A stretch of DNA of 64,000 nucleotides from Polyangiales bacterium (lineage in GTDB: Bacteria > Myxococcota_A > Polyangia > Polyangiales > Polyangiaceae): assembly GCA_038231275.1 (NCBI GenBank), contig JBBRLQ010000011.1, forward strand, positions 96,001 to 160,000. The letters run 5' to 3'. A program made the translations under genes and the position numbers. Below, one piece after another: positions 38,177-46,483 of the stretch (position 1 is its first letter; each line of letters opens with the position of its first letter). The notes beneath the pieces are model-generated. The model was not told the DNA's origin. It searched no databases and worked only from the letters and a program-made list of their open reading frames with translations.

Positions 38177-38295
38177 GTGGCATTTCCCCTCGATCGAGCG
38201 AGACCAGAAGCGTCGTGAAGCGTGTGTGCGAGCTATACCTATAGACCCGTCCCTTTGGAATGGCGTAGCCGCCGTCCCATCGTACACTCGAGGGG

Positions 38296-38502
38296 ATGGG
38301 GCGTTCGCGTCTCGCGGGTTCGATTCTGGTCGTCGCGCCGTGGGTGCTCGCCCTCGTCGGGGCGCTGCTCCTCACGCGGGAGCTGTCGCCGCCCAAGGCC
38401 GGCTCGCAGGTCTCGCCGCCGGCGGCCGACAGCCCCAAGGCGGAGCCCCCCCGTCACAAGGAAGAGGTCGTCTTCCAGCCCTGGGAGCACGTCTCCACCT
38501 GA
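38296..38502 (+). CDS. Small single-TM protein
   Basis: N-terminal hydrophobic helix; TACACT box 7 nt upstream of the ATG. Confidence 0.55.
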   Translation: MGRSRLAGSILVVAPWVLALVGALLLTRELSPPKAGSQVSPPAADSPKAEPPRHKEEVVFQPWEHVST

Positions 38503-38551
38503 CGCCCCTCGCCGCCTGCGCGGCGATCTGTGCTACGTGGTCGACTCGAAC

Positions 38552-38824
38552 ATGGATCTGCGCAGCGAGATCAAGGGGCTCATCGTCACGGAGCTGAACC
38601 TGGTGGGGCGTGATCCAAGCACCATCGGCGACGACGCGCCGCTCTTCGGAGAAGGGAGCCTGGGCCTCGACTCGCTCGACGCCCTGCAGCTCGCGATGAG
38701 CCTGGAAGAGCGCTTCGGGGTCCGCGTGCCGGAGGGCGAGGAGGCGAGGCCCGTGTTCCGTTCGGTGGCCGCCCTCGCGGAGTTCGTGGAACGCGCGCGG
38801 GGGGCAGCGGCGGGCGGGACGTGA
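38552..38824 (+). CDS. Acyl carrier protein
   Basis: APLFG...LGLDSLDALQL phosphopantetheine Ser motif, EERFGV. Confidence 0.92.
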   Translation: MDLRSEIKGLIVTELNLVGRDPSTIGDDAPLFGEGSLGLDSLDALQLAMSLEERFGVRVPEGEEARPVFRSVAALAEFVERARGAAAGGT

Positions 38825-40965
38825 CCGCGCGCGTCGTCGTGACGGGCGTAGGTCTCCAGACCGCGCTCGGGGCCGATGTCCCTTCGACATGGGCGAGGCT
38901 CGTCCGCGGCGAGCGCGCGCTCGGGCCCGTGACGTTGTTCGACACCGAGGGCTTTCGCGCGCGCATCGGCGGCGAGGTGCGGACGCCGCTCGCGGAGGGG
39001 CACAAGGACGATCCCTCGTGGTCGCGAACGACGGCGATGGCGATGGCGGCGGCGCGCGAGGCGATCGAGGGCGCGGGGCTCACGCGTCGTCCCGAAGCGA
39101 TGCGCGTCGGCTTGGTCGTCGGCGGGACCGTCGGCGGCATGTTCGAGACCGAGGACCTCCTCGCGCGGTTCCACTCCGAGCCCGGCGCGCGTGAGGTGCT
39201 CGCGCGCATGCTCTCGCACCCGCTCACCGCCACTTCGGATCGTCTCGAGCGCGATCTCGGTCCGTTCGTGCGCGTGCGCACGCTCTCCTCGGCGTGCTCG
39301 GGCGGCGCCAACGCGCTGGTCGTCGGCGCGACCTGGCTGGTACTCGGGCTCGTGGACGCGGTGATCGCCGGCGCGAGCGACGCGTTGTGTCGGCTGACGT
39401 GGAGCGGCTTCAACGCGCTCGGCGCGATGGATCCCGAGCCGTGCCGCCCCTTCGATATGCGTCGCCGCGGCCTCTCTCTCGGAGAAGGCGCCGGCTTCGT
39501 CGTCCTCGAGCGCGATCAGGGGGCGCGCGCGCGCGGCGCGGCTGCGATCGTGGAGCTCGCGGGGTGGGCGATCGGGAGCGAGGCGCACCACGTCACGAAC
39601 CCCGAGGCCAGCGGCGCGGTGCCGGCGCGACTCTTCGGCGAGGCCCTCGCGCGCGCGCGACTGCGGCCGGCCGACGTGGACTACGTGAACGCGCACGGCA
39701 CCGGCACGCCGCTCAACGACGCGATGGAGACGCGCGCGCTCGCGACGGCCCTCGGCGCGGAGCTCAAGCGCGTGCCCGTCTCGAGCACCAAAGGACAGCT
39801 TGGGCACACGCTGGGGGCGGCGGGCGCGATCGAGGCGATCGTCGGCGCGCTGGCGATCCGCGATGGGGTGGTGCCTCCGACCGGCGGCCTGGAGACGCCC
39901 GATCCTGCGTGCGCGCTGCGTCACGTGATCGGCGCGGGGGAGGCGTGCGACGTCGGTGTGGTCGTCTCGAACTCGTTCGGGTTCGGCGGAATGGACGCGG
40001 TGCTGGTGCTCACGGCGCCCGGGCGGGCAGACGCTCCGCGCGCCACGAAGGAGCGGCGCGTCGTGGTCACCGGCGTCGCGCGCGCATCCGCCGAGCTGCC
40101 GGGCACACGCATGCTGAGCGCGGTCGAGTCGGAGCTCGATCCTGCGCGTGCGCGTCGACTCGACCGCCCCTCGCGCATCGCGACTGCGCTGTCGGTGCGC
40201 GCGCTCGGGACGGCGAGCCCCCTCGCGCCCAGCGGACGCGCCGGGATCGTCCTCGGGAGCGCGTTCGGCAGCGTCGACGGATCCTGCGCCTTCATGCACC
40301 GCCTCTTCGAGAAGGGGCCGCGCCTGGTGAGCCCCGCCGATTTTCCCAACCTGGTGCCGAGCGGGCCGGTCGGCCACGCGTCGATCTACCTCGAGCGCCG
40401 CGGCCCCGCCCTCGCCGTGGCAGATCTCGGCGCGAGCGGTGAGTCGGCGATCGCGCAAGGCCTCGAGCTGATCCAATCGGGAGACGCCGATCAAATCGTG
40501 GCCGGAGCGTTCGAGGAGGCGAGCGACATCGTCGACCGCGTCCTCATCGCGCTCTTCGCGGCGGCGCACCCGTCGTCGGCCGTGCGTACCGAGGGGGCCG
40601 GCGTGCTGGTCCTCGAGGACGAGGAGACGGCGCGCGTGGCCGGCACCACCGTCCTCGCGCGCCTCGAGTCGGTCACGGTCGGGCGTGGAGATCGCCCGTC
40701 GGTACGGCCGCCCCGCAATCCGAGCCGCGCGCGGATCGTCGCGGCGTATGCGGATGCCGCGGTCGCGAACGTCGTCGCAGGCACGCCATGGGAGCCCGTT
40801 ACGCGCATCGGGGTCGGTACCACGGCGGGCGATCACGAGGCGCTCGGAGCCATCGCCGCGTGCGTGGCGGTCGAGCTCCTGTCGAAGGGGGACGAAGTCG
40901 ACGAGGCGCTCGTCCTGTGCGCCGACCCGCCGCGAGGATACGCTCTGCTGCTGACCCGTCCGTGA
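38821..40965 (+). CDS. Beta-ketoacyl-ACP synthase (FabF-like) fused to a chain-length-factor-like domain
   Basis: SACSGG, NAHGTGT, KGQLGHTLGAAG, SNSFGFGG; C-terminal part RRLDR...SPADFPNLV. Confidence 0.9.
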   Translation: MTARVVVTGVGLQTALGADVPSTWARLVRGERALGPVTLFDTEGFRARIGGEVRTPLAEGHKDDPSWSRTTAMAMAAAREAIEGAGLTRRPEAMRVGLVVGGTVGGMFETEDLLARFHSEPGAREVLARMLSHPLTATSDRLERDLGPFVRVRTLSSACSGGANALVVGATWLVLGLVDAVIAGASDALCRLTWSGFNALGAMDPEPCRPFDMRRRGLSLGEGAGFVVLERDQGARARGAAAIVELAGWAIGSEAHHVTNPEASGAVPARLFGEALARARLRPADVDYVNAHGTGTPLNDAMETRALATALGAELKRVPVSSTKGQLGHTLGAAGAIEAIVGALAIRDGVVPPTGGLETPDPACALRHVIGAGEACDVGVVVSNSFGFGGMDAVLVLTAPGRADAPRATKERRVVVTGVARASAELPGTRMLSAVESELDPARARRLDRPSRIATALSVRALGTASPLAPSGRAGIVLGSAFGSVDGSCAFMHRLFEKGPRLVSPADFPNLVPSGPVGHASIYLERRGPALAVADLGASGESAIAQGLELIQSGDADQIVAGAFEEASDIVDRVLIALFAAAHPSSAVRTEGAGVLVLEDEETARVAGTTVLARLESVTVGRGDRPSVRPPRNPSRARIVAAYADAAVANVVAGTPWEPVTRIGVGTTAGDHEALGAIAACVAVELLSKGDEVDEALVLCADPPRGYALLLTRP

Positions 40966-41708
40966 GCCCGTCGCCGAAGCGCCTCGCCCTTCTTCTCCTC
41001 ACCGCGCTCGCCAGCGCAGGCTGCGCCGCTCCACGCGCCGCGCCGCCGACGGTCTCGCAGAAGGATTGGTCGAGCGCCCGCGAACGCCTCGCGTGGATGC
41101 GCTCCACGGAGAGCGAGCGGCCCTACGCCGTCCAGCTTCGTGTCGCGATGCGCGAGCCGTGGACGGGGCGATCGATCGAGTCGCGCGGCGCCCTCGCCGT
41201 GCAGCCGCACCAGGCCGCGCGACTCGTCCTCCTCGGGCCTGCCGGCGGCACCGCGCTCGACATGTGGCTCACGCGCGAGAAGTGGTCGTTCAACGTGCCG
41301 GCCGCCGACTTCAAGAAGAAGGGCGGCGTCGATCCGGCGGCGGCGCACGGCCTGCCGATCGGATTCTTCCGCTGGTGGTTCCTCGATCCCCTGGAGGGGC
41401 GCCTCCTCACGGCGTCCACCGCCGGGCAGAGTCGGACCTTCGTGCTGCGCGCCGGCGACGGCACGATCACGCTGAGCGAGTCGCGAGAGCGCGGCAAAGA
41501 GCGCGTGGTGGCGCGGCGGCGCGCGGCCGACGAGCTCGAGGCGATCGAGTGGGTCGGCCGCGGCCTGTCGCCGCACGCCGGCGACCGCGCGAAATACGTG
41601 CAGGATGCAACCGGTCTCGTGGTCGAGGTGCTGGTGGAGTCGGTGTCGCCCGATGAGCCCGATCCCGCCGCGTTCCTCGATCCCGACGATCCGGGTGTCG
41701 CGCTGTGA
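40962..41708 (+). CDS. Lipoprotein of unknown function, possibly LolA/LolB-like fold
   Basis: Lipobox SAGC; RGALAV.P...R..LLGP.G pattern; GTGA overlaps on both sides. Confidence 0.65.
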   Translation: MSPSPKRLALLLLTALASAGCAAPRAAPPTVSQKDWSSARERLAWMRSTESERPYAVQLRVAMREPWTGRSIESRGALAVQPHQAARLVLLGPAGGTALDMWLTREKWSFNVPAADFKKKGGVDPAAAHGLPIGFFRWWFLDPLEGRLLTASTAGQSRTFVLRAGDGTITLSESRERGKERVVARRRAADELEAIEWVGRGLSPHAGDRAKYVQDATGLVVEVLVESVSPDEPDPAAFLDPDDPGVAL

Positions 41709-43663
41709 GCGGTCGCGTCGGTGGCGCTGCGGTCGTGGCGTGGGGCGCAATTTCGGCGCGTGGGGAGGGGGAGGTCGCGGCGGGCGCAGGAGAGGTCGGC
41801 GAGCCTGCGCGCTGTGCGGTGTCGAGGGACGCCGAGCTCGCGGACGCCGGCCTCGCGCGACCGTTCGCGGGCCGCGCGATCGTGGACGCGTCGGACGGTG
41901 ATCGCGCGACGATCCTCCTCGCATATGCGCTCGACGCGTGCGCGAAGATGCTCGACGTGGAGCGCCCGGCGTGGCGAACGGGCACGATCGGCCTCGCGAT
42001 GGGCACGTCGAGCGGAGGCATGCGGACCGCCGAGAGGTTCTTTCGCGGCGAGCCGGTCACGCCCCACGCGGCCACGTACTTCGGTCCCCTTCACGACGCG
42101 CTCGCCCTGGCGAAGCTCACCACCTCGCCCTCCGTTCTCGTCCTAGGTGCGTGCGCGTCCGGCGCGCTCGCGATCGGGCTTGGCCTCCGCTGGATCGAAG
42201 CGGGGCGGTGCGATCTCGTCCTCGCGGGAGGCTTCGACGCGGTGAGCGTCTTCGTCGCGTCCGGCTTCGAGGCCCTCCGCGCGACCACCGCGGCTCCTCC
42301 GTCGCGCCCGTTCCGAAAGGGCCGCGACGGGCTCGCGCTGGGGGAAGGCGCGGGGATCCTCGCGCTCGCGCCGGCGTCCACTCTCCGTCGCCCTGCGCGC
42401 GCGTACGTGGCGGGGTTCGGCGCGTCGTGCGACGCGACCCACGTAACGGCTCCTGATCGCACCGGCGGCGGCCTCGCGCGCGCAGCCATCGCGGCCCTCG
42501 AGGACGCGCAAGTCGCGCCGAGCGCGATCGATCTCGTGAGCCCCCACGCCACGGCGACGCCGTTCAACGACGCCGCCGAGCACCGCGCGCTCGTCACCGC
42601 CCTCGGACCGGAGGCCGCGTTGCGCGTACCCGTCGCGCCGTTGAAGGCGGAGCTCGGGCACACCCTCGGCGCCGCGGGGGCCCTCGAGTCGCTCGCCGCG
42701 ATCGACGCCCTCGCGCGCGGCGTGGTGCCCGCGGCGGCCGGCGAAGGCGAGATCGATCCGGACGCCCCCGCGAACCTCCTCCCGCGTGCGATCGCCGCGC
42801 CCCTTGGCGCCGCGCTGAAGCTGTCGAGCGCGTTCGGTGGCGCCAACGCGGCGCTCGTCCTCACGCGCGACGCTCCAAGGCCGAGGGAGCGTGCGGTGCG
42901 ACCTGTCTACGTCACGCGCGCCGTCCGCGTGAGCGCGCCGCTCGCCGCGCTCACGGCCCGAGTCCCCGCCGCCATGCTCGCGCGCGCCGACGATCTCGTT
43001 CGCCTCGCGCTGAGCGCGCTCTGCCTGCTCGAGACCGAGATCGGCCCACTCGCTGGCGCGGGCATCGTCGTGGGTCACGCGCTCGCAACCCTCGAGACCA
43101 ACGCCACCTACGACGCGAAGATCCGCGCTCAGGGCGCGCGCGCCGCCGAGCCGCGTCGTTTCCCGTACACGTCGCCCAACGCCGTCTGCGGCGAGTGCGC
43201 GGTCGCCTTCGGTCTCACCGGTCCCGCCTTCGCCACCGGCGGCGGTCTGCACGGCGCGCTCGAGGCCCTCGCCGTCGCGTCGGATCTCGTCGCCGCTGGC
43301 GACGCGTCGCGCATCGTCGTCGTCGCGGTCGACGAGATCGGACCGGCCGCCGCGCGCCTCGGCGATCTCGGGAGCGGCCTGACGTCGGGCGCAGCGGCGC
43401 TGCTCGTGACGTCCGATCCCCACGCCGCCTTCGCGCGCGTCGCCTCGACCGTCACGACGCTCGGCCCCGCCGCGCCGACCGCGACCGTGTCTTCGCCCGG
43501 AAATTCAAGCGCGACGCCGCTCGGTCACGTCGCCCTGTCGCCGCTCGCCGATCCGAAAATCCGTTTGCCAATTTGTCTCTCCGCCGCGGCGCGCGGATCG
43601 TTTGCAGAAGTCCGCCTGATCGGTGTTAAAGCAACCGTAGTTCCTTCGGAACGGTCGCTTTAG
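41705..43663 (+). CDS. Second beta-ketoacyl-ACP synthase fused to a CLF-like domain
   Basis: GACASG, LGEGAG, SPHATAT, KAELGHTLGAAG, SAFGG; C-terminal part PRRFPYTSPN. Confidence 0.88.
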   Translation: MSGRVGGAAVVAWGAISARGEGEVAAGAGEVGEPARCAVSRDAELADAGLARPFAGRAIVDASDGDRATILLAYALDACAKMLDVERPAWRTGTIGLAMGTSSGGMRTAERFFRGEPVTPHAATYFGPLHDALALAKLTTSPSVLVLGACASGALAIGLGLRWIEAGRCDLVLAGGFDAVSVFVASGFEALRATTAAPPSRPFRKGRDGLALGEGAGILALAPASTLRRPARAYVAGFGASCDATHVTAPDRTGGGLARAAIAALEDAQVAPSAIDLVSPHATATPFNDAAEHRALVTALGPEAALRVPVAPLKAELGHTLGAAGALESLAAIDALARGVVPAAAGEGEIDPDAPANLLPRAIAAPLGAALKLSSAFGGANAALVLTRDAPRPRERAVRPVYVTRAVRVSAPLAALTARVPAAMLARADDLVRLALSALCLLETEIGPLAGAGIVVGHALATLETNATYDAKIRAQGARAAEPRRFPYTSPNAVCGECAVAFGLTGPAFATGGGLHGALEALAVASDLVAAGDASRIVVVAVDEIGPAAARLGDLGSGLTSGAAALLVTSDPHAAFARVASTVTTLGPAAPTATVSSPGNSSATPLGHVALSPLADPKIRLPICLSAAARGSFAEVRLIGVKATVVPSERSL

Positions 43664-43761
43664 ACTTCTGTTGCATTCGTCGTTTGCCCGGTGCGGTCAA
43701 ACGACTTCTGCTCTAATGAGTGAGGAATGCGCCGTCGCGCGCCCAGGTTGAGCTCATAGCC

Positions 43762-44244
43762 ATGATGCGTACCCTCCTCTTCGCCTCCACTTTCGTCGTC
43801 GCCGCGACCTCCCTCGCAGGCTGCTCGCCGTCGCTCATCCCGAACACCGACGTCGAGGACAACTCGCAGAACCGCAAGGTCATCAGCTACTGCGAGACCT
43901 ACCGCCACGCCGTCGAAGAGAAGAACGTCGGCCAGCTCCTCAAGCTCGCGAGCCCGCGCTACCACGAGGACGGCGGCAACACGAACTCAGAGGACGATCT
44001 CGACTACGAGGGCCTGAAGGGCTACCTCACCGATCAGTTCCAGAAGGCGAACCAGATCCGCTACGAGATCCGGTACCGAAAGCTCACGTTCACGGAGACG
44101 AACCACGTCTTCGTCGATTACACGTACGCCGCGAGCTACAAGATCCCAGGCGTGAAGGCCGACGAGTGGAAGCACACCGTCGCCGACAATCGGCTCGATC
44201 TCGTCCCCGACGGCGACACGTTCAAGATCACCGCGGGGATGTAG
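43762..44244 (+). CDS. Lipoprotein, NTF2/SnoaL-like
   Basis: Lipobox LAGC; IPNTD, YRHAVE, ends FKITAGM; strong codon bias. Confidence 0.8.
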   Translation: MMRTLLFASTFVVAATSLAGCSPSLIPNTDVEDNSQNRKVISYCETYRHAVEEKNVGQLLKLASPRYHEDGGNTNSEDDLDYEGLKGYLTDQFQKANQIRYEIRYRKLTFTETNHVFVDYTYAASYKIPGVKADEWKHTVADNRLDLVPDGDTFKITAGM

Positions 44245-44250
44245 GAGCGC

Positions 44251-45471
44251 ATGGGCGCGAAGGGCGAACGAGGCGCGTTCGTCCTCGCGCACGTCTCCGA
44301 TCTCCACACCTCGACGTTTGGCGACACGTTCCACGATCGCGCGCGCATCGTCCGGCGCAGCGCGCGGCCCGCTGAGACGAGCCCGACCAAGTTCGAGGTG
44401 TACTGGGAGGAGGCCGGGTGGCGCGTGCTCCACGAGCGCGGCGCGCGACGCGCGAAGATCGCCCTCGTGGATCCCGAGGGGTACTTGCACCCGGTCCCGA
44501 GCCCGCGCGAGGCGGGCGGCATGCCGGATCCGGTCGAGCGCGCGGCGGCGAAGGCATGCCGGCTCGAGGCGCGCCGCGCAGAGACCCTCGCGCGCGGGCT
44601 CCCGAGCGACGGCGCCGTCGGCACGATGCTCGAGAGCACGCCGAAGAACTCGAACGTTCGCTTGATACGCGCCGCGCGCGCGGTCGAGGCGAGCGGCGCG
44701 GACGCCGTGCTTATCACGGGGGACATCACCGACGACGGCGACGGGTACGCGCTCGTGGAGTCCGTCTTCGCGAAGTACCGCGACGCGGGGCGCCTCTTCG
44801 CAGTGCCGGGCAATCACGATCTCTACCTCTTCCCGCTCGCGGGCAGCGGCCGCCCGCGCCCGTCCGCCGACGCGAAGCGCGCGCGATGGCGCGATTTCGC
44901 CGCGCGCATCGGGCTCGAGCTCGATCCGTCTGGCGCGTGGCACAAAGAGCTCCCCGAGGCGGAGACGGTGCTCGTCGGCATCGACTCCTGCGCGCGCGCG
45001 CAGCGGCGTTTTTTTCGGCACAACGGCGCGATCGGCCCCGAGCAGCTCGAGTACCTCCGCGCCCTCGCCAAGACGCCGGCCTGGACACGCGCGCGCCATC
45101 GCCTCGTCGCGCTGCATCATCACGTGGTGCCGCTCCCGCACGGCGTCGGCAAGAAGCCGCCGAGCGAGATCGGGATGCGCCTCGACGACGCGAAGGGCGC
45201 CGCCGAGGTCTTCGACGAGATCGGCGCGACGCTCGTCTTGCACGGCCATCGTCACGTGAGCGAACAGCGCCAGCCGGCCGGCTCCAACTTCACGATCCTC
45301 GCGTCGCCGTCGCTCACCCTCGGTTGTCGGAGCGGGGACGGCCCGTCCTATTGGCGCGTCGAGCTCGGCGAGCACGCGCACGCGCAGCGCGTGAAGGTCC
45401 CGATGGACGCGGTCGAGCAAGAAGAGGATCCGGGTCAGCCCGTCGAGCCCGACCCCGACCCGATCGCGTAG
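44251..45471 (+). CDS. Metallophosphoesterase (calcineurin-like, CpdA type)
   Basis: SDLH, TGDITD, PGNHD, LHH, HGHRH. Confidence 0.9.
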   Translation: MGAKGERGAFVLAHVSDLHTSTFGDTFHDRARIVRRSARPAETSPTKFEVYWEEAGWRVLHERGARRAKIALVDPEGYLHPVPSPREAGGMPDPVERAAAKACRLEARRAETLARGLPSDGAVGTMLESTPKNSNVRLIRAARAVEASGADAVLITGDITDDGDGYALVESVFAKYRDAGRLFAVPGNHDLYLFPLAGSGRPRPSADAKRARWRDFAARIGLELDPSGAWHKELPEAETVLVGIDSCARAQRRFFRHNGAIGPEQLEYLRALAKTPAWTRARHRLVALHHHVVPLPHGVGKKPPSEIGMRLDDAKGAAEVFDEIGATLVLHGHRHVSEQRQPAGSNFTILASPSLTLGCRSGDGPSYWRVELGEHAHAQRVKVPMDAVEQEEDPGQPVEPDPDPIA

Positions 45472-45475
45472 GCCG

Positions 45476-45904
45476 TCAGTCGGTGCCAGCCTCTGCGGCC
45501 GTTGTCGCCGCCTCGGCAGCGTCCGCGACCGGGGTGGCTGGCGGCTTCAGCCACGCGCACGCCGGTGTGTCTTGCGGCGTCTGGACGATGTTGCAGTCGC
45601 CGGTGTTGATCGCGTCGACGCACGCCTTGGTGGCGGGTGCGCCGGGGTCCGTGTTCGTCGCGAGGCCGTGGAGGCACGCGTCGTTGTAGTAGCGAATGCA
45701 CGCGTCCACGTTCGTCTTCGGTGTGTCGCGGTGCACTGGCTGCCCGAGATCGAACGCGGGACAGTTCGGGGCCTGCCGGCAGCGCGCCTCTTCGACTTGC
45801 CGGCACGTCTCGAGGCCGATCGCGTCGGTTCCGCACGCGCTCGCCACCACCGCCGCCGGAGCCGCCAGCGCGAAGAGGCCGATTCCCATCCACTTTCGGA
45901 GCAT
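45476..45904 (-). CDS. Cys-rich lipoprotein
   Basis: Lipobox ASAC; multiple Cys; PACAWL. Confidence 0.75.
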   Translation of the reverse strand: MLRKWMGIGLFALAAPAAVVASACGTDAIGLETCRQVEEARCRQAPNCPAFDLGQPVHRDTPKTNVDACIRYYNDACLHGLATNTDPGAPATKACVDAINTGDCNIVQTPQDTPACAWLKPPATPVADAAEAATTAAEAGTD

Positions 45905-45952
45905 CGAGCATGAGCCCTACTACGGACGCCAAGGTCCTACCAAACTTGATGC

Positions 45953-45988
45953 TGTCGACTTGACAGTCATAGTGTCTAGATACATCTT
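45953..45988 (+). promoter_or_regulatory. sigma70 promoter with overlapping TGTC/GACA dyads (putative autoregulatory operator)
   Basis: TTGACA (45960-45965), 17 nt, CATCTT (45983-45988); TGTC-gactt-GACA-gtcatag-TGTC. Confidence 0.6.
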
Positions 45989-45994
45989 GAGGGT

Positions 45995-46483
45995 GTGAAC
46001 GACGCCGATTCCTTCAAGCTCGACGAGCTGGCGCACGCGGCGGGGACCTCGCCGCGCACCGTGCGCTACTACGTCCAGCGCGGCCTCCTCCCAGGCCCCG
46101 CGTTTCGGGGGAAGGACACGCACTACACGCGGGAGCACCTCGTTCGCCTCCGCGCGATCCGAAAGATGCAGGAGCGGTTTCTTCCGCTCGACGCCATCCA
46201 AGTCGAGCTCGCGCGGCTTGCGCCGGAAGAGATCGAGCGGATCGCGGACGGGACGTCTCTCGTCCACGCGCAGCTCGCGCACGTCGTTTCGGAGCCGAGC
46301 GCGCCGCCCTCGATCGTCCCGCCGCCCGCGTCGACCACATGGACGCGGTGGACCCGCCGCGAGCTCCTGCCCGGTCGGGAGCTCACGCTGGCCGAGGACG
46401 CGTCGCCCGAGGCGCGGGCGCTCGCAGAAGAGATCTTCAAATCGTTCGAGTCGCAGGTTCGAGAGAAAGGGAAAAAACGATGA
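45995..46483 (+). CDS. MerR family HTH transcriptional regulator
   Basis: ELA...G.SPRTVRYYVQRGLLP, Y...HL.RL..I. Confidence 0.9.
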   Translation: MNDADSFKLDELAHAAGTSPRTVRYYVQRGLLPGPAFRGKDTHYTREHLVRLRAIRKMQERFLPLDAIQVELARLAPEEIERIADGTSLVHAQLAHVVSEPSAPPSIVPPPASTTWTRWTRRELLPGRELTLAEDASPEARALAEEIFKSFESQVREKGKKR

